A DNA stretch of 64,000 nt. Origin: Kiritimatiellia bacterium. GTDB lineage: Bacteria; Verrucomicrobiota; Kiritimatiellia; RFP12; UBA1067. A model generated the notes under the pieces. That model worked only from the letters and a program-made list of their open reading frames with translations, did not search any database and was not told where the DNA came from. Of the stretch, positions 29,605 to 39,076 are shown piece after piece. The first letter of the stretch is position 1; the number at the start of each line of letters is the position of its first letter. The DNA is taken from NCBI GenBank assembly GCA_045656225.1, contig JAZOQU010000039.1:523-64522 (forward strand). Reading direction: 5' to 3'. Position numbers and translations under genes: made by a program.

Positions 29605-30598
29605 TGTTGCAAGAGAAAGCGATGCCAATCTTTATGCGCTTTTTGCGAATACATCGGCTAAGAGTGGATTATCTCCTGCTGTTATAGAAAAGGACTTTTG
29701 GGTTTGTTGGCTACTTGATTACCTTTTCAGTAGATCGCCATGGAAAAATCAATTGGCGTTCAAAGGCGGTACTAGTCTCTCAAAGGCATTTGGTCTTATC
29801 AAACGCTTTTCCGAAGATGTTGACCTTATTCTTGACTGGCGGCTGCTCGGATATGAGAAAGATGAGCCTTGGCAGTCACGCAGCAATACTCAGCAAGACA
29901 TTTTTAATACGAAGGCGAATGAAAAAAGCGCCATATTCTTAAGAGATGTTTTTGCACCGAAACTCCGTGAAGATCTTGCGCGTGATCTTAATCATCCAGT
30001 TGATATCAATATAGACCCGGTAGATCCTAATACGGTTATATTTAATTATCCATGCGCATTTTCGGACGCGTCAATTCTTCGTGAAATACGTATTGAAAGT
30101 GGTAGCCTTGCCGCATGGACACCTGCGCGGCACAAGTCTATTTCACCTTATGCCGCTGAATATTATCCGCATATTTTTAAGCAGGCAGAAACATTGGTGT
30201 TTACGGTTGAGGCTGAACGGACATTTTGGGAGAAGGTTACAATTTTACATCGAGAGGCGATGCGTACAGAACGCCAAGGCCCGATGCCGCCACGTTATTC
30301 TCGGCATTATTATGACTTATGGAGTATGTGCCAAGGCGAAACTAAGGACGCTGCGCTTGCCAAGCTAAATCTTCTTGATGCGGTTGTTGAGTTTAAAAAG
30401 AAATTCTATCGTTGCGCATGGGCTAAGTACGAATTGGCGACTGCGAAGTCAATTTCGTTGATGCCGCCAGCTGCTGCAATCCCATCTTTAGAAGCGGACT
30501 ATCGTCACATGCGTAATATGATATTCGGTGAAACGCCACCATTTGAAGAGATGCTTGACTGTATAGCGAAGCTTGAAGATGAGATTCATAAGTGTTAA
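29597..30598 (+). CDS. AbiEii/AbiGii nucleotidyltransferase toxin (DUF1814)
   Basis: IEKDFWVCWLLDYLF...LAFKGGTSLSKAFGLIKRFSEDVDLIL is the hallmark N-terminal nucleotidyltransferase region. Confidence 0.8.
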   Translation: MRNVARESDANLYALFANTSAKSGLSPAVIEKDFWVCWLLDYLFSRSPWKNQLAFKGGTSLSKAFGLIKRFSEDVDLILDWRLLGYEKDEPWQSRSNTQQDIFNTKANEKSAIFLRDVFAPKLREDLARDLNHPVDINIDPVDPNTVIFNYPCAFSDASILREIRIESGSLAAWTPARHKSISPYAAEYYPHIFKQAETLVFTVEAERTFWEKVTILHREAMRTERQGPMPPRYSRHYYDLWSMCQGETKDAALAKLNLLDAVVEFKKKFYRCAWAKYELATAKSISLMPPAAAIPSLEADYRHMRNMIFGETPPFEEMLDCIAKLEDEIHKC

Positions 30599-30599
30599 T

Positions 30600-30723
30600 A
30601 TGAAAACTAATGCGCTTTTATTTAGCTCAGAAACTTACCAATCGTTGTATTTATGATATTCTGATAGCGAAGGTATGGTAGAAGATATTGAAACAGGCGA
30701 TATCTCGCCTATTCAGTTGCATT
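30600..30723 (+). repeat. direct repeat R125, copy 2
   Basis: Matches 26573-26701. It again sits immediately upstream of an E element. Confidence 0.8.
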
Positions 30724-30736
30724 GATTTTTATTGTA

Positions 30737-31163
30737 TTTACTTGCTCCTTTGTTTTACTTGCTCCTGCGGAGCAGACGACTTATATCGACTTTGACGAGC
30801 GGAGGAGGAAGGAAGGCTTTACGCCGATGCCCGGATATGTCGCGCAAGCGCGACGGCATCGTCGTAAGCGCCTTATCCTTCCTTCCTCCTCCGCTCGTTA
30901 GAGTATTAATCAAATATCAATTATTTATGACTGTGCGACGGATATGCGGATAAATGCGCCGAAGAGCGAAGCTCGAAGGGAAGCCGCGCAGACCGAAGGT
31001 CGAGCGCACGAGCGTAGCGAAGTGGCCGCAAGGCGCCGCGATCGGCGTTTACGACGCGTCCGCCGCCGCAGGCGGCAAGTCTGGGACGCGGCGTAATGCC
31101 GACCGCATATCCGATGCACACAAAAGTCGTTCCAAGTCGTCTGCCGCGTCAGCGGCAAGTAAA
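30737..31163. repeat. hairpin-mosaic element E3
   Basis: End modules as in E1 and E2. Forward hairpin 30794-30898, nearly identical to the one in E2. Reverse hairpin 31044-31100. Long-range stem GTGCGACGGATATGCGG / CCGCATATCCGATGCAC. Confidence 0.8.
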
Positions 31164-31337
31164 ATAAAAAAACCGCGCGAGGGGTAAAAATGCCGCGGTA
31201 GCGATGGGAAAGGGAGAGAAAATAAAAAAAATTAAAAAATATTTTTAAGGGGGTTAAAAGTGCGTTTCACCCCTATTTTTATTGGGTGAGATGGCGATTA
31301 GGGTCTAAGTTCGAAGCAGAAGGGGAGTATACCCCAC

Positions 31338-31367
31338 TTTACAAACAACCCCACAATTCGCTACAAT
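31338..31367 (+). promoter_or_regulatory. sigma70-type promoter candidate for cassette A
   Basis: TTTACA, 18 nt spacer, TACAAT, about 150 nt upstream of the ATG at 31517. It lies outside the proposed invertible segment. Confidence 0.4.
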
Positions 31368-31516
31368 ATAGGTGCTTGGGCGGATAGTCGAAACTCGCGG
31401 TGAGTTTCATCTACCTTGGCGAAAATCGGAACGACGATGAGTTGGCGATCTGGGTATCGTAAATGAATCTGAGTTCTAAACCTAATCGGGCTGGGCCCCG
31501 AGAAAGTGAAAAAGAA

Positions 31517-32287
31517 ATGAAGAAACTTATGTTTGCAGCTACGGCCGCCGTCTGTGCCGCAGTAACGTTCGGATTGGAGTCCGCTAATATTGTAGGTTAT
31601 AGTCAGTCGGATGTTCGTTTGAATTTGTCACAGCAGATGCCGACCTTCGCTAATGTTGGTCAGACTTCTGTTGACATTCAGTCGATGATCCCTGTTGATG
31701 CTGATGGCGAAGTTCTTGACTATGAGTTCACCATTCAGGAAATTTCAGACCTTGGCAAGGTTATCAAGGTGTACGACTACATTCTCGCTGACTCTTCTGA
31801 CGATGGCGAAATGGAAGGCTGGTTGACCTATAATGAAGACGGTGAGCAGGAAGTTGTTGAGCGTAAGTTCGATATTGGCGAGGGCTTCTTGGTTCTTGCT
31901 ACCGCAGCTGGTAAGATGAGTTACTGTGGTGAGGTAGTTATGGGCGAGATTTGTGTTCCTGTTCGTAAGAACCTTTCTGCTCAGGGCAATATCCGTCCTA
32001 TGCCGGTTGATATTCAGACCTTGATTCCCGTTGATGCTGACGGTGAAGTTCTTGACTATGAATTCACCATTCAGGAGACAACTGACCTTGGCAAGGTTAT
32101 CAAGGTGTACGACTACATTCTCGCTGACTCTTCTGACGATGGCGAAATGGAAGGTTGGTTGACCTATAATGAAGATGGCGAGCAGGAAGTCGTTTCTCGC
32201 ACATTTAATGCTGGCGAGGGCTTCTTGATTCTTTCTACGGCTGATGAAGGGTTTCTTAAGTTCCCCGCTATTCAAACCAACAACTAA
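31517..32287 (+). CDS. cassette A gene 1: secreted protein with two tandem repeat domains of about 112 aa
   Basis: Signal peptide MKKLMFAATAAVCAAVTFG, then LESANIVGY. Internal 336-bp tandem duplication (about 31670-31905 and 32006-32241). The ORF is open from 31463. Confidence 0.75.
   Translation: MKKLMFAATAAVCAAVTFGLESANIVGYSQSDVRLNLSQQMPTFANVGQTSVDIQSMIPVDADGEVLDYEFTIQEISDLGKVIKVYDYILADSSDDGEMEGWLTYNEDGEQEVVERKFDIGEGFLVLATAAGKMSYCGEVVMGEICVPVRKNLSAQGNIRPMPVDIQTLIPVDADGEVLDYEFTIQETTDLGKVIKVYDYILADSSDDGEMEGWLTYNEDGEQEVVSRTFNAGEGFLILSTADEGFLKFPAIQTNN
31552..31600. repeat. inverted repeat IR-a, left copy (inside the gene 1 5' coding region)
   Basis: CTGTGCCGCAGTAACGTTCGGATTGGAGTCCGC (33 nt) is a perfect reverse-complement match to 41009-41041. 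Over the full repeat the match is 46/49. Confidence 0.9.
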
Positions 32288-32340
32288 TTTACTACACAGC
32301 ATAGTGTTGTGTGGATAAAACAAAAAAAAGGAAAAATAAA

Positions 32341-32895
32341 ATGAAAAAAATCATGGTAGCAGCAGCAGCGATTGCTATGGCGGTAGTTGCTAATGCGTCA
32401 TCTGTTATCTGGACATGTTCGAACGTGTTCCTCGGCAATGAAACCGACAAGTGCTCGGGTATTGCTTACTTCGTAAATGCAGACTTAATCAGCTCCACTG
32501 CCCTCAAGGCTCTTGGAGACGATGGTGCCGCTGCAATTACAACTGCTCTCGGCAGTTCGTATAGCTTCACCCCTGCCTCCGCTGGTTCTTATGTTAAGAC
32601 AGCTGCTAACGCAGTTTCAGTAGGCACGTTGGGTCTCGCTGATACAACAGCTTACACTGGTTACCTCGTAATCTTCGATGGTGCTACCATCGCTGATTCT
32701 ACGAAGTTCTACACTACTCAGGAGATGGATTTCACCACTCTTGCTGGTGATAACGCCGTTCAGGTTAAGTTCGGTTCTCAGAAGGTCAACTCGACCGACG
32801 CTGGTAATTGGACTGCTGTTGCTCCGGAGCCGACCTCTGGTCTCCTCCTCCTCATTGGCGTTGCTGGCCTCGCTCTCCGTCGCCGTCGCGCCTAA
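32341..32895 (+). CDS. cassette A gene 2: PEP-CTERM sorting-domain protein
   Basis: Signal peptide MKKIMVAAAAIAMAVVANA. C-terminus VAPEPTSGLLLLIGVAGLALRRRRA (PEP motif, TM helix, Arg cluster). Confidence 0.85.
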   Translation: MKKIMVAAAAIAMAVVANASSVIWTCSNVFLGNETDKCSGIAYFVNADLISSTALKALGDDGAAAITTALGSSYSFTPASAGSYVKTAANAVSVGTLGLADTTAYTGYLVIFDGATIADSTKFYTTQEMDFTTLAGDNAVQVKFGSQKVNSTDAGNWTAVAPEPTSGLLLLIGVAGLALRRRRA

Positions 32896-33027
32896 TTGGT
32901 TAGGAGTTAGTAGTTAGGAGTCAGGAGTTAGTAATAAGGAAGTTAAAATTCCATTGTTCAACTTGAACTTCGACTTCGACTCTAACTTAACAAAACGGTA
33001 AGCCCGTCCGATTATTCGGGCGGGCTT
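32821..33027. repeat. inverted repeat IR-b, left copy (PEP-CTERM coding end plus 3' UTR and terminator)
   Basis: Reverse complement of 39576-39781, with about 9 mismatches and 1 indel over about 207 bp by hand count. Includes the terminator hairpin AAGCCCGTCCG-ATTATT-CGGGCGGGCTT. Confidence 0.9.
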
Positions 33028-33048
33028 CAAAATTTTAAGGAGATTATT

Positions 33049-33873
33049 ATGGCTTGGAATCGTTCTATACCAAAACAAGTTAGCCCTAAAAAGAAAATAA
33101 GTCGTTTTCTTCTTTATATTTCGATACTTGGTGTAGTTATTTTGGTTATCTCCTTTTTTATAATGTCGGCATCAGAAGATGTTGTTCTCGAAGAAGACGA
33201 AACATCTTCTACACAAAAAACACCTAAGAAAAAACCCGTAAAACAGGATATTCCTAAGGAATCACTCGAAAGTGATTCTACTGTCGTTGAAACTAACACT
33301 GTAGAAGAAGCGACACCTACAGTAAAAAAAGCCAAACATAGTGGGCGATTTGTTGATGTTTCAAAGGCTATTTTTATTCCACGCAAGGATCCGCCCCGTA
33401 GATTTATCAATGACGCTGAAGAAGATGTCGCTTCACTCTTGGAGGTAATTCCAGGGGAGATGATCGTAGGCGAAATTAATTATCATAAAAAGAATCGATT
33501 TGTTAATAGTTTAAAGCAAGCGTTAGAGAATCCTACTCGTATTGACGAAAACGATTCAGCGTATTCAGTTGAATTAAAAAATTCAGTAAGAGATGTTATT
33601 AACGATTTAGCTCAGCGCATGAGAAAAGGCGAAGATGTCGCCGCGACGATGAAGCAAGCTAGATCAGAATTACAAGACCTAGGAATCTTTAGAATGGAGC
33701 TCCAAAACGAGCTAAAAAACATTCGCAAGACTACAGATGTTACAACAACTGAATATGAAGAATTTGTAGCTGTCGCGAATAAGATGTTAATTGAAAAAGG
33801 TGCAGAACCATTAAAAATTCCAAAAATCGTTTATCATCAATTGAAGTTAAGAGAAGAAAGGAAAGAAAAATGA
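33049..33873 (+). CDS. cassette A gene 3: N-terminally membrane-anchored protein, unknown function
   Basis: AAGGAG RBS. Starts MAWNRS..., followed by the TM helix FLLYISILGVVILVISFFIM. Positional counterpart of 38167..39057 (MGWNGS...). Confidence 0.7.
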   Translation: MAWNRSIPKQVSPKKKISRFLLYISILGVVILVISFFIMSASEDVVLEEDETSSTQKTPKKKPVKQDIPKESLESDSTVVETNTVEEATPTVKKAKHSGRFVDVSKAIFIPRKDPPRRFINDAEEDVASLLEVIPGEMIVGEINYHKKNRFVNSLKQALENPTRIDENDSAYSVELKNSVRDVINDLAQRMRKGEDVAATMKQARSELQDLGIFRMELQNELKNIRKTTDVTTTEYEEFVAVANKMLIEKGAEPLKIPKIVYHQLKLREERKEK

Positions 33874-34700
33874 AATTAGCTGTATATTGCGTTGTTGCCT
33901 TGCTTGGGGTTGCTTCTTTTGCTAAGGATAAAACCCCATTGCATTTGACATCTGCTGAAGAATTTAAGGCTAGGAAAGCTGAATTTGATGCATTGACACC
34001 AGAGCAGAAGAATGAATTCCGTCAGAAAAGAATTGCCTTTCATAAGGAGAAGGCTGGTGGTGTTGTTAGGGATACGCGCGGAATGTCAGGAACGGTATAT
34101 GTAATCAATGCTCAGAAAAATATCTCAACGGATGATGTTAAAAAGCCTGTTGAGTGGTTACAGAACTACTTAAAAGTGCAGTTTAAGGTCATTGATGGCG
34201 CTTATGTTCATAGGGATACGGCTTATTCTTTTAGGCAAAAGAACAAAGCTAATGCTATCATTGTAGTTTATGATGACCCTAAAGAGTCCGCCTCTATTCT
34301 CGTTGCCCCTGAATCCCGTTGGGGTTCTATTAATATAGCTCAATTAGGCACTGACAATCTTGTTGAAAGAACTCAGAAGGAAATTTCAAGAACGATTGCT
34401 TTTGTTTGCGGAGGTATCAGCAGCCAATATCACCCAACACTTGGATCTCACGTAGATTCGCCATCGTTTTTGGATAAGGTTGATGGCTATGATTTACCCG
34501 TAGATATTCTTCTTTCAATTCGTCAATTTCTCCCTCAATTAGGTGTAAGACCATATAGAGACGTAATGTATCGTAAGGCATGTCGTGAAGGCTGGGCTCC
34601 TGCTCCGACAAATGATGTCCAAAAAGCTATTTGGAATGAAATCCACGCTACTCCGAAGAATCCTATGAAGATTGAATTCGATCCTAAGAAAGGTCGATGA
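33870..34700 (+). CDS. cassette A gene 4: secreted protein, unknown function
   Basis: Signal peptide MKLAVYCVVALLGVASFA. The C-terminus EGWAPAPTNDVQKAIWNEIHATPKNPMKIEFDPKKGR is conserved in the paralog at 37298..38149. 4-nt overlaps with both neighbouring genes. Confidence 0.75.
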   Translation: MKLAVYCVVALLGVASFAKDKTPLHLTSAEEFKARKAEFDALTPEQKNEFRQKRIAFHKEKAGGVVRDTRGMSGTVYVINAQKNISTDDVKKPVEWLQNYLKVQFKVIDGAYVHRDTAYSFRQKNKANAIIVVYDDPKESASILVAPESRWGSINIAQLGTDNLVERTQKEISRTIAFVCGGISSQYHPTLGSHVDSPSFLDKVDGYDLPVDILLSIRQFLPQLGVRPYRDVMYRKACREGWAPAPTNDVQKAIWNEIHATPKNPMKIEFDPKKGR

Positions 34701-35488
34701 AATACACCTACGCATATAAGACCTCTGACGGGGTGCGGCATGAAGAAACTATGAATGCCGCATCTCGCGAAGAGGTTTTTACTGCGCTACGAGCCAAGGG
34801 CATAAAGGCGATTAAGGTTGTCGCCGCTGACGGATCTAAAGCCAATGGCGAAGTGCGCGGCATCCGCAAACGAGTAGTTGCAGCGATTGTTATTATCGTT
34901 GCTGTAGCTGTTGGTGCTATCGCTTATTTCGGCGGCTCACAATCTAAAACCGATAGCATTTCAAACACAACCTCTAACCAAAATTCCAATGCTATCGCAG
35001 TCATTGAGAGTCCAACTCAAGACAATGCGAGACGACAGGTTATTGGCGATGTCGCTATAATCGAAAAAGGCATCCGCAACGGATGGAGCGACGTCTTTGA
35101 ACTTGAGGGCGATAGGTTTCTCGCCTCGTTCGCCATCCCTGGCGTAAAGGCAGGTCAGCGTAATACTTCCGAAAAGGAATTCGCAGCAGCGCTTGAGAAT
35201 AAATGCGAGATTAAGCCTAATGACTCAATCGAAGTCAAACAGATAAAAGCGATGGTCGAGGGGATGAAAGACGAGGCTCGCCGTTACATCGCTGCTGGTG
35301 GCTCAATTGTCTCTTATGGTAAAAGACTTACCGAGAGACAAGACGCTGAGATTGCTATTTATGAAAGAATCAAAGCCGATCTCGAAAAGGCTCATTCATC
35401 TATGAGCGAAGATGAATACATGATTTACTGGGAAAAGCGGAATGACGAACTTAGAAATCTTGGGATTAAGACGATTGGGCTGGAGTGA
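34697..35488 (+). CDS. cassette A gene 5: single-pass membrane protein with a GspF/PilC-N-terminus-like motif
   Basis: MKYTYAYKTSDGVRHEETMNAASREEVFTALRAKGIKAIKV resembles the F-Y-A-D-G...A-S...L...G motif of T2SS/T4P platform protein N-termini. One TM helix. Roughly three-quarters identical by eye to 36504..37301. Confidence 0.7.
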   Translation: MKYTYAYKTSDGVRHEETMNAASREEVFTALRAKGIKAIKVVAADGSKANGEVRGIRKRVVAAIVIIVAVAVGAIAYFGGSQSKTDSISNTTSNQNSNAIAVIESPTQDNARRQVIGDVAIIEKGIRNGWSDVFELEGDRFLASFAIPGVKAGQRNTSEKEFAAALENKCEIKPNDSIEVKQIKAMVEGMKDEARRYIAAGGSIVSYGKRLTERQDAEIAIYERIKADLEKAHSSMSEDEYMIYWEKRNDELRNLGIKTIGLE

Positions 35489-35581
35489 GGGGCGGTAGAA
35501 GGTTTTAGGTGAAGGTTAGAGGTGAAGGTGAACAGCGGAATTTGAGATTTTCCCTCTTCCCACTTCCTTTAGTAGTTCTTC

Positions 35582-35803
35582 TTAATCAAAGAGCTCAGGC
35601 TCGTTTTCGATTAGATCTGCCGCAAGGTATTTATAATCAAGATTATCAATACCATAAAGCCCCTCAGCAATTTGGTTGCAAAGGCGACTACGATAATAAA
35701 TGTCAGTAGCAGAGCGAATATCTATCTTACGCATTTTACTTAGCTCGCTAATGATGTCTATAGACAAATCTTGCCGATAAATATCTACCTCTGACTTTTT
35801 CAT
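35582..35803 (-). CDS. small hypothetical protein (possibly DUF3791-like)
   Basis: 73-aa ORF in tandem with the DUF3791-like ORF upstream. Family similarity is weak. Confidence 0.4.
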   Translation of the reverse strand: MKKSEVDIYRQDLSIDIISELSKMRKIDIRSATDIYYRSRLCNQIAEGLYGIDNLDYKYLAADLIENEPELFD

Positions 35804-35895
35804 GTTATTACATCTTAATTATCCGAGATCCAAGCGACCTTTAGCCTTTGTAAGATCTGGGATTTTGACTTCGCAAATACTACCATGGTAAACAG

Positions 35896-36117
35896 TCATG
35901 CGATTTCGTACCCCCAATCCTTGACGCAACCAGTTACATCATCAACAAGATATTCCTTACCTAACGTGTGTAACACATCATAATGGAGAATAAGATAATT
36001 ATCTAAAACTTTGGAATTATTCAAAATAGAATACACCTTCTGCGGGGACATGTGCCATGCCTCCGCAAGGGCGTGAATCATAAAGACCACAAAAACAAGT
36101 ACAGAACGATTAGCCAT
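35896..36117 (-). CDS. DUF3791-like small protein
   Basis: 73 aa. The pattern ...AEAWHMSPQKVYSILNNSKVLDNYLILHYDVLHTLGKEYLVDDV resembles DUF3791 family members. Confidence 0.5.
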   Translation of the reverse strand: MANRSVLVFVVFMIHALAEAWHMSPQKVYSILNNSKVLDNYLILHYDVLHTLGKEYLVDDVTGCVKDWGYEIA

Positions 36118-36243
36118 AAGTTATGTCAACATTATACCAAAAAACTAATTAGATAGGAGCGGAAAAATAAAACCAATAGCGAAGTCTGGGAAAAGAAAAA
36201 CGAGGCATTGCGCTGCCTAAGTAAGACCAAAACTTAAAACTCG

Positions 36244-36486
36244 CTTCGTCAGAATGTACTCAGTGTCTCCAGTGTTGTGCTTTTCGTGTAGCCTCCGAAG
36301 GAGGCGTTTTTGTGTCCCACGAATGTGGGCTTTCGTGTTTGGGAGCGCGGCAAAAGCCGTAGGCTTTAGACGAGACGATGCGCTATGGGTGACGCGTTAA
36401 GCGACAAACCCAATAGCGCATTGGCGAGTCGTTAATCGCGTTAACGATTTGCCGCGCTCACAACTTTCGTGGTCGCGCGGAGCGCC
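36244..36486 (+). repeat. structured repeat family N, copy N3
   Basis: TTTTCGTGTAG-CCTCCGAAGGAGG-CGTTTTTGTG-TCCCACGAATGTGGG-CTTTCGTGTTTGG, then the closing stem GAGCGCGGCAAA/TTTGCCGCGCTC. The architecture is the same as N1 but the stem sequences differ. Confidence 0.7.
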
Positions 36487-36503
36487 ACACTAATCACTAA
36501 TGA

Positions 36504-37301
36504 TTATTCTAGCCCTACCGTCTTAATTCCTAAATTTCTAAGCTCTTCGTTGCGGCGTTCCCAGACGTCCATGAAGTCGTCTTCGTTAAGCGATTCTTTA
36601 GCCTTTTCAATTTCTGACTTTATCCTCTCGTAGATTGCGATTTCTGCGTCTTGGCGTTCTGTTAGGCGCTTACCATAGTCGACGATTGTGCCGCCCGCTG
36701 CGATATATTGCCGCGCTTCGTCTTTCATTCCCTCGACCATCGCTTTAATTTGACGCGCTTCAGGCGAATCGGCAGGGAGGATCTCGCACTTTGAATTTAT
36801 CGCAGCTTCAAATTCTTTAAGCGAAGTGTTGCGCTGACCAGCCTTAACGCCAGGAATCGCGAAGCTCGCTAAGAACCTATCTCCTTCGAGCGCGAAGACA
36901 TCTGCCCACCCAGTGCGAATACCCTTAGCTACGATCGCTTCATCACCGAAAACTTGGCGGCGGGTTTTATCGACATTCGCCAAGTTCGCATAGGGATTAC
37001 TCTCAGCCTTACCTAATGATTCTTTGGCGCTCTCAGGCACGTTGTTTACCGCGCTCTTGCTTCCGCTAAAGTAGGCTGCAACACCTACGCCAAGTGCAAC
37101 AGACGCCACAAGAGCCACAACACCGCGCTTTCTAAGGCCGCGAACCTCTCCGTTAGCTTTAGAGCCGTCAGCAGCGACAACTTTAATCGCTTTTATGCCG
37201 CGTTTACGCAATTCAGCGAACACCTCTTCTCTCGAAGAGGCGTTCATTGTATCTTCATGACGTATTCCGTCACTCGACTTATATGCGTAAGTATATTTCA
37301 T
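36504..37301 (-). CDS. cassette B gene 5 (paralog of 34697..35488)
   Basis: MKYTYAYKSSDGIRHEDTMNASSREEVFAELRKRGIKAIKVVAADGSKANGEVRG.... High identity to the A copy at both termini. Confidence 0.75.
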   Translation of the reverse strand: MKYTYAYKSSDGIRHEDTMNASSREEVFAELRKRGIKAIKVVAADGSKANGEVRGLRKRGVVALVASVALGVGVAAYFSGSKSAVNNVPESAKESLGKAESNPYANLANVDKTRRQVFGDEAIVAKGIRTGWADVFALEGDRFLASFAIPGVKAGQRNTSLKEFEAAINSKCEILPADSPEARQIKAMVEGMKDEARQYIAAGGTIVDYGKRLTERQDAEIAIYERIKSEIEKAKESLNEDDFMDVWERRNEELRNLGIKTVGLE

Positions 37302-38149
37302 CGACCTTTCTTAGGATCGAACTGAATTTTCATTGGATTTTTGGGGGCGGCGCGGACTTCGTCCCAAACAGCCTTTTGGTACTCGTTCGTTGGCTGGGGC
37401 GCCCAGCCTTCCATGACTGCGAGTTTATAGGGGATATGACGCGCTCTTTTAACGCCGAACTTAGCCATTTGAGCGTACATCTTTTGGAAGTTCATAGGCT
37501 GCATAACTTGATAAACGAGCGCGTCGAGTTCCTTAAGATTATAAACTGGCTGAAGTACATCGTTCTTATAGGGCGCGTAACCGATACCGCCTACAAAGCC
37601 AAGCGCTCTCCAAACTTCCTTAATAAGTCTCGTCTCTGGCGCGAGAGGATCATTGCCGCCGAGATAACGCTTAGCATTGATAACTGCGATACGCTCCTCT
37701 GGCATTACGCAAAGACCAGGGCAATCGCCAGATTCAGCGATGAGAATCACATACGCGGCATTATTAGCCTTAAGCGCGGCGAGCGCTTTGGCGTATGGCT
37801 TTTCGTTCGCGTTAAGCTTTGACTTATCAATCTTAATATTCGTCTTAGATAAATCGCCGAATACTTCGGCGAAGCGATCTGCCGCGATGCCGGGCTTTTC
37901 GCGTGTATCAACTACGACTACGCTTACGCCAACTGCCGCGACATCGAGAAAGCCGCCTGTCTTTTTAAGGACTGCCGGGCGATTTTCAAGTTCAGCGCGA
38001 GTTTGCTTTTTATCAGCCTTTTTCTGACCTTCAGCCGCCTTTAGAGCTGCTGCTTCAGCCATCTTTTTAATTTGGTCTTCTTGGGCGTTATTAGCGAGAA
38101 TGGGAGCCGTGATAAGAAGCGCGGCGATTATACTTAGAGTAGCTTTCAT
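37298..38149 (-). CDS. cassette B gene 4 (paralog of 33870..34700)
   Basis: Signal peptide MKATLSIIAALLITAPILA. Conserved C-terminus EGWAPQPTNEYQKAVWDEVRAAPKNPMKIQFDPKKGR. Confidence 0.75.
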   Translation of the reverse strand: MKATLSIIAALLITAPILANNAQEDQIKKMAEAAALKAAEGQKKADKKQTRAELENRPAVLKKTGGFLDVAAVGVSVVVVDTREKPGIAADRFAEVFGDLSKTNIKIDKSKLNANEKPYAKALAALKANNAAYVILIAESGDCPGLCVMPEERIAVINAKRYLGGNDPLAPETRLIKEVWRALGFVGGIGYAPYKNDVLQPVYNLKELDALVYQVMQPMNFQKMYAQMAKFGVKRARHIPYKLAVMEGWAPQPTNEYQKAVWDEVRAAPKNPMKIQFDPKKGR

Positions 38150-38166
38150 ATTGTGAACCTTAATCC

Positions 38167-39057
38167 TTAATTGGAGTCTTTATGAGCGTCAATAATATCG
38201 TTAATGTGTTTAGGAATTTTAGCGTCAGGTAAGCCTAATTCTCTAAACTTTTGATTTAAAGTATCGCGATAGAGCGCGGCGGATTTAGCGTCACCTTTTT
38301 TGAGAAATCCTACAATATCCTTTAAGGTTGACGCGGTTAAGCCCTTTTGAATGGTAGCGGTTTGGCGCATTTCCATTACAAATTCATCGAAGCTCGCGCC
38401 AGTAGTTTCCATATAATCAAGCGCGAGTTCCTTAACTTCAGCGGCGGCTGTCTTTTTGCGGATGACTTCTTCGCTGTCATCGGGGTTAATTGTAACAGGT
38501 TTACGAAGCATTTTCATAACCTCAGCTTTATCTAAGCCCATAAGCATACCAGGGATAAACGATCCGTTTTGAAGATTCATGCCAATAAGATTCTCTTCAA
38601 AGGCGTTGTCGAATACAGGCTTAGGAGTAATATCTACCCAATTACCCTCATGATCACATTTATACACAGCGCCATGAGAGTGTACAGTTCTAAATTCACC
38701 GGGAGCAGGAACGGGGAAGGTTAAAACGCGACCATCGGGCGTTTGCATTGTGCCAGGCTTTTTAACGAATGGGGGCTTTTCCTTTTTTTGCGCGGCAAGG
38801 GGCTTCTCGGTCTTTTTAACGAGATTGGTCGAGGTCTTAGGCGTGGGAACGCGCTTTTTAGGGGTGTCGGTTTGCGCAATGGGCGCGGATTCGGGCTTAG
38901 AGAGGAAGAAATAAAGCACGATGCCGCCAAATAACGCGATAAGGGCGCAGATAGCGTATGGTACAACGCGCAGCTTGCGCGTTGACTTAGGAGTATCATT
39001 TTTCTTGAACGAGCTAGCAGCTCGTTCTACTACTTTATCTGATCCATTCCAACCCAT
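38167..39057 (-). CDS. cassette B gene 3: N-terminally membrane-anchored protein
   Basis: Starts MGWNGS..., with the TM helix VVPYAICALIALFGGIVLYFFL. Same position and topology as 33049..33873 but highly diverged. Confidence 0.7.
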   Translation of the reverse strand: MGWNGSDKVVERAASSFKKNDTPKSTRKLRVVPYAICALIALFGGIVLYFFLSKPESAPIAQTDTPKKRVPTPKTSTNLVKKTEKPLAAQKKEKPPFVKKPGTMQTPDGRVLTFPVPAPGEFRTVHSHGAVYKCDHEGNWVDITPKPVFDNAFEENLIGMNLQNGSFIPGMLMGLDKAEVMKMLRKPVTINPDDSEEVIRKKTAAAEVKELALDYMETTGASFDEFVMEMRQTATIQKGLTASTLKDIVGFLKKGDAKSAALYRDTLNQKFRELGLPDAKIPKHINDIIDAHKDSN

Positions 39058-39076
39058 AAGTTTTCTTTCTGTTTAT

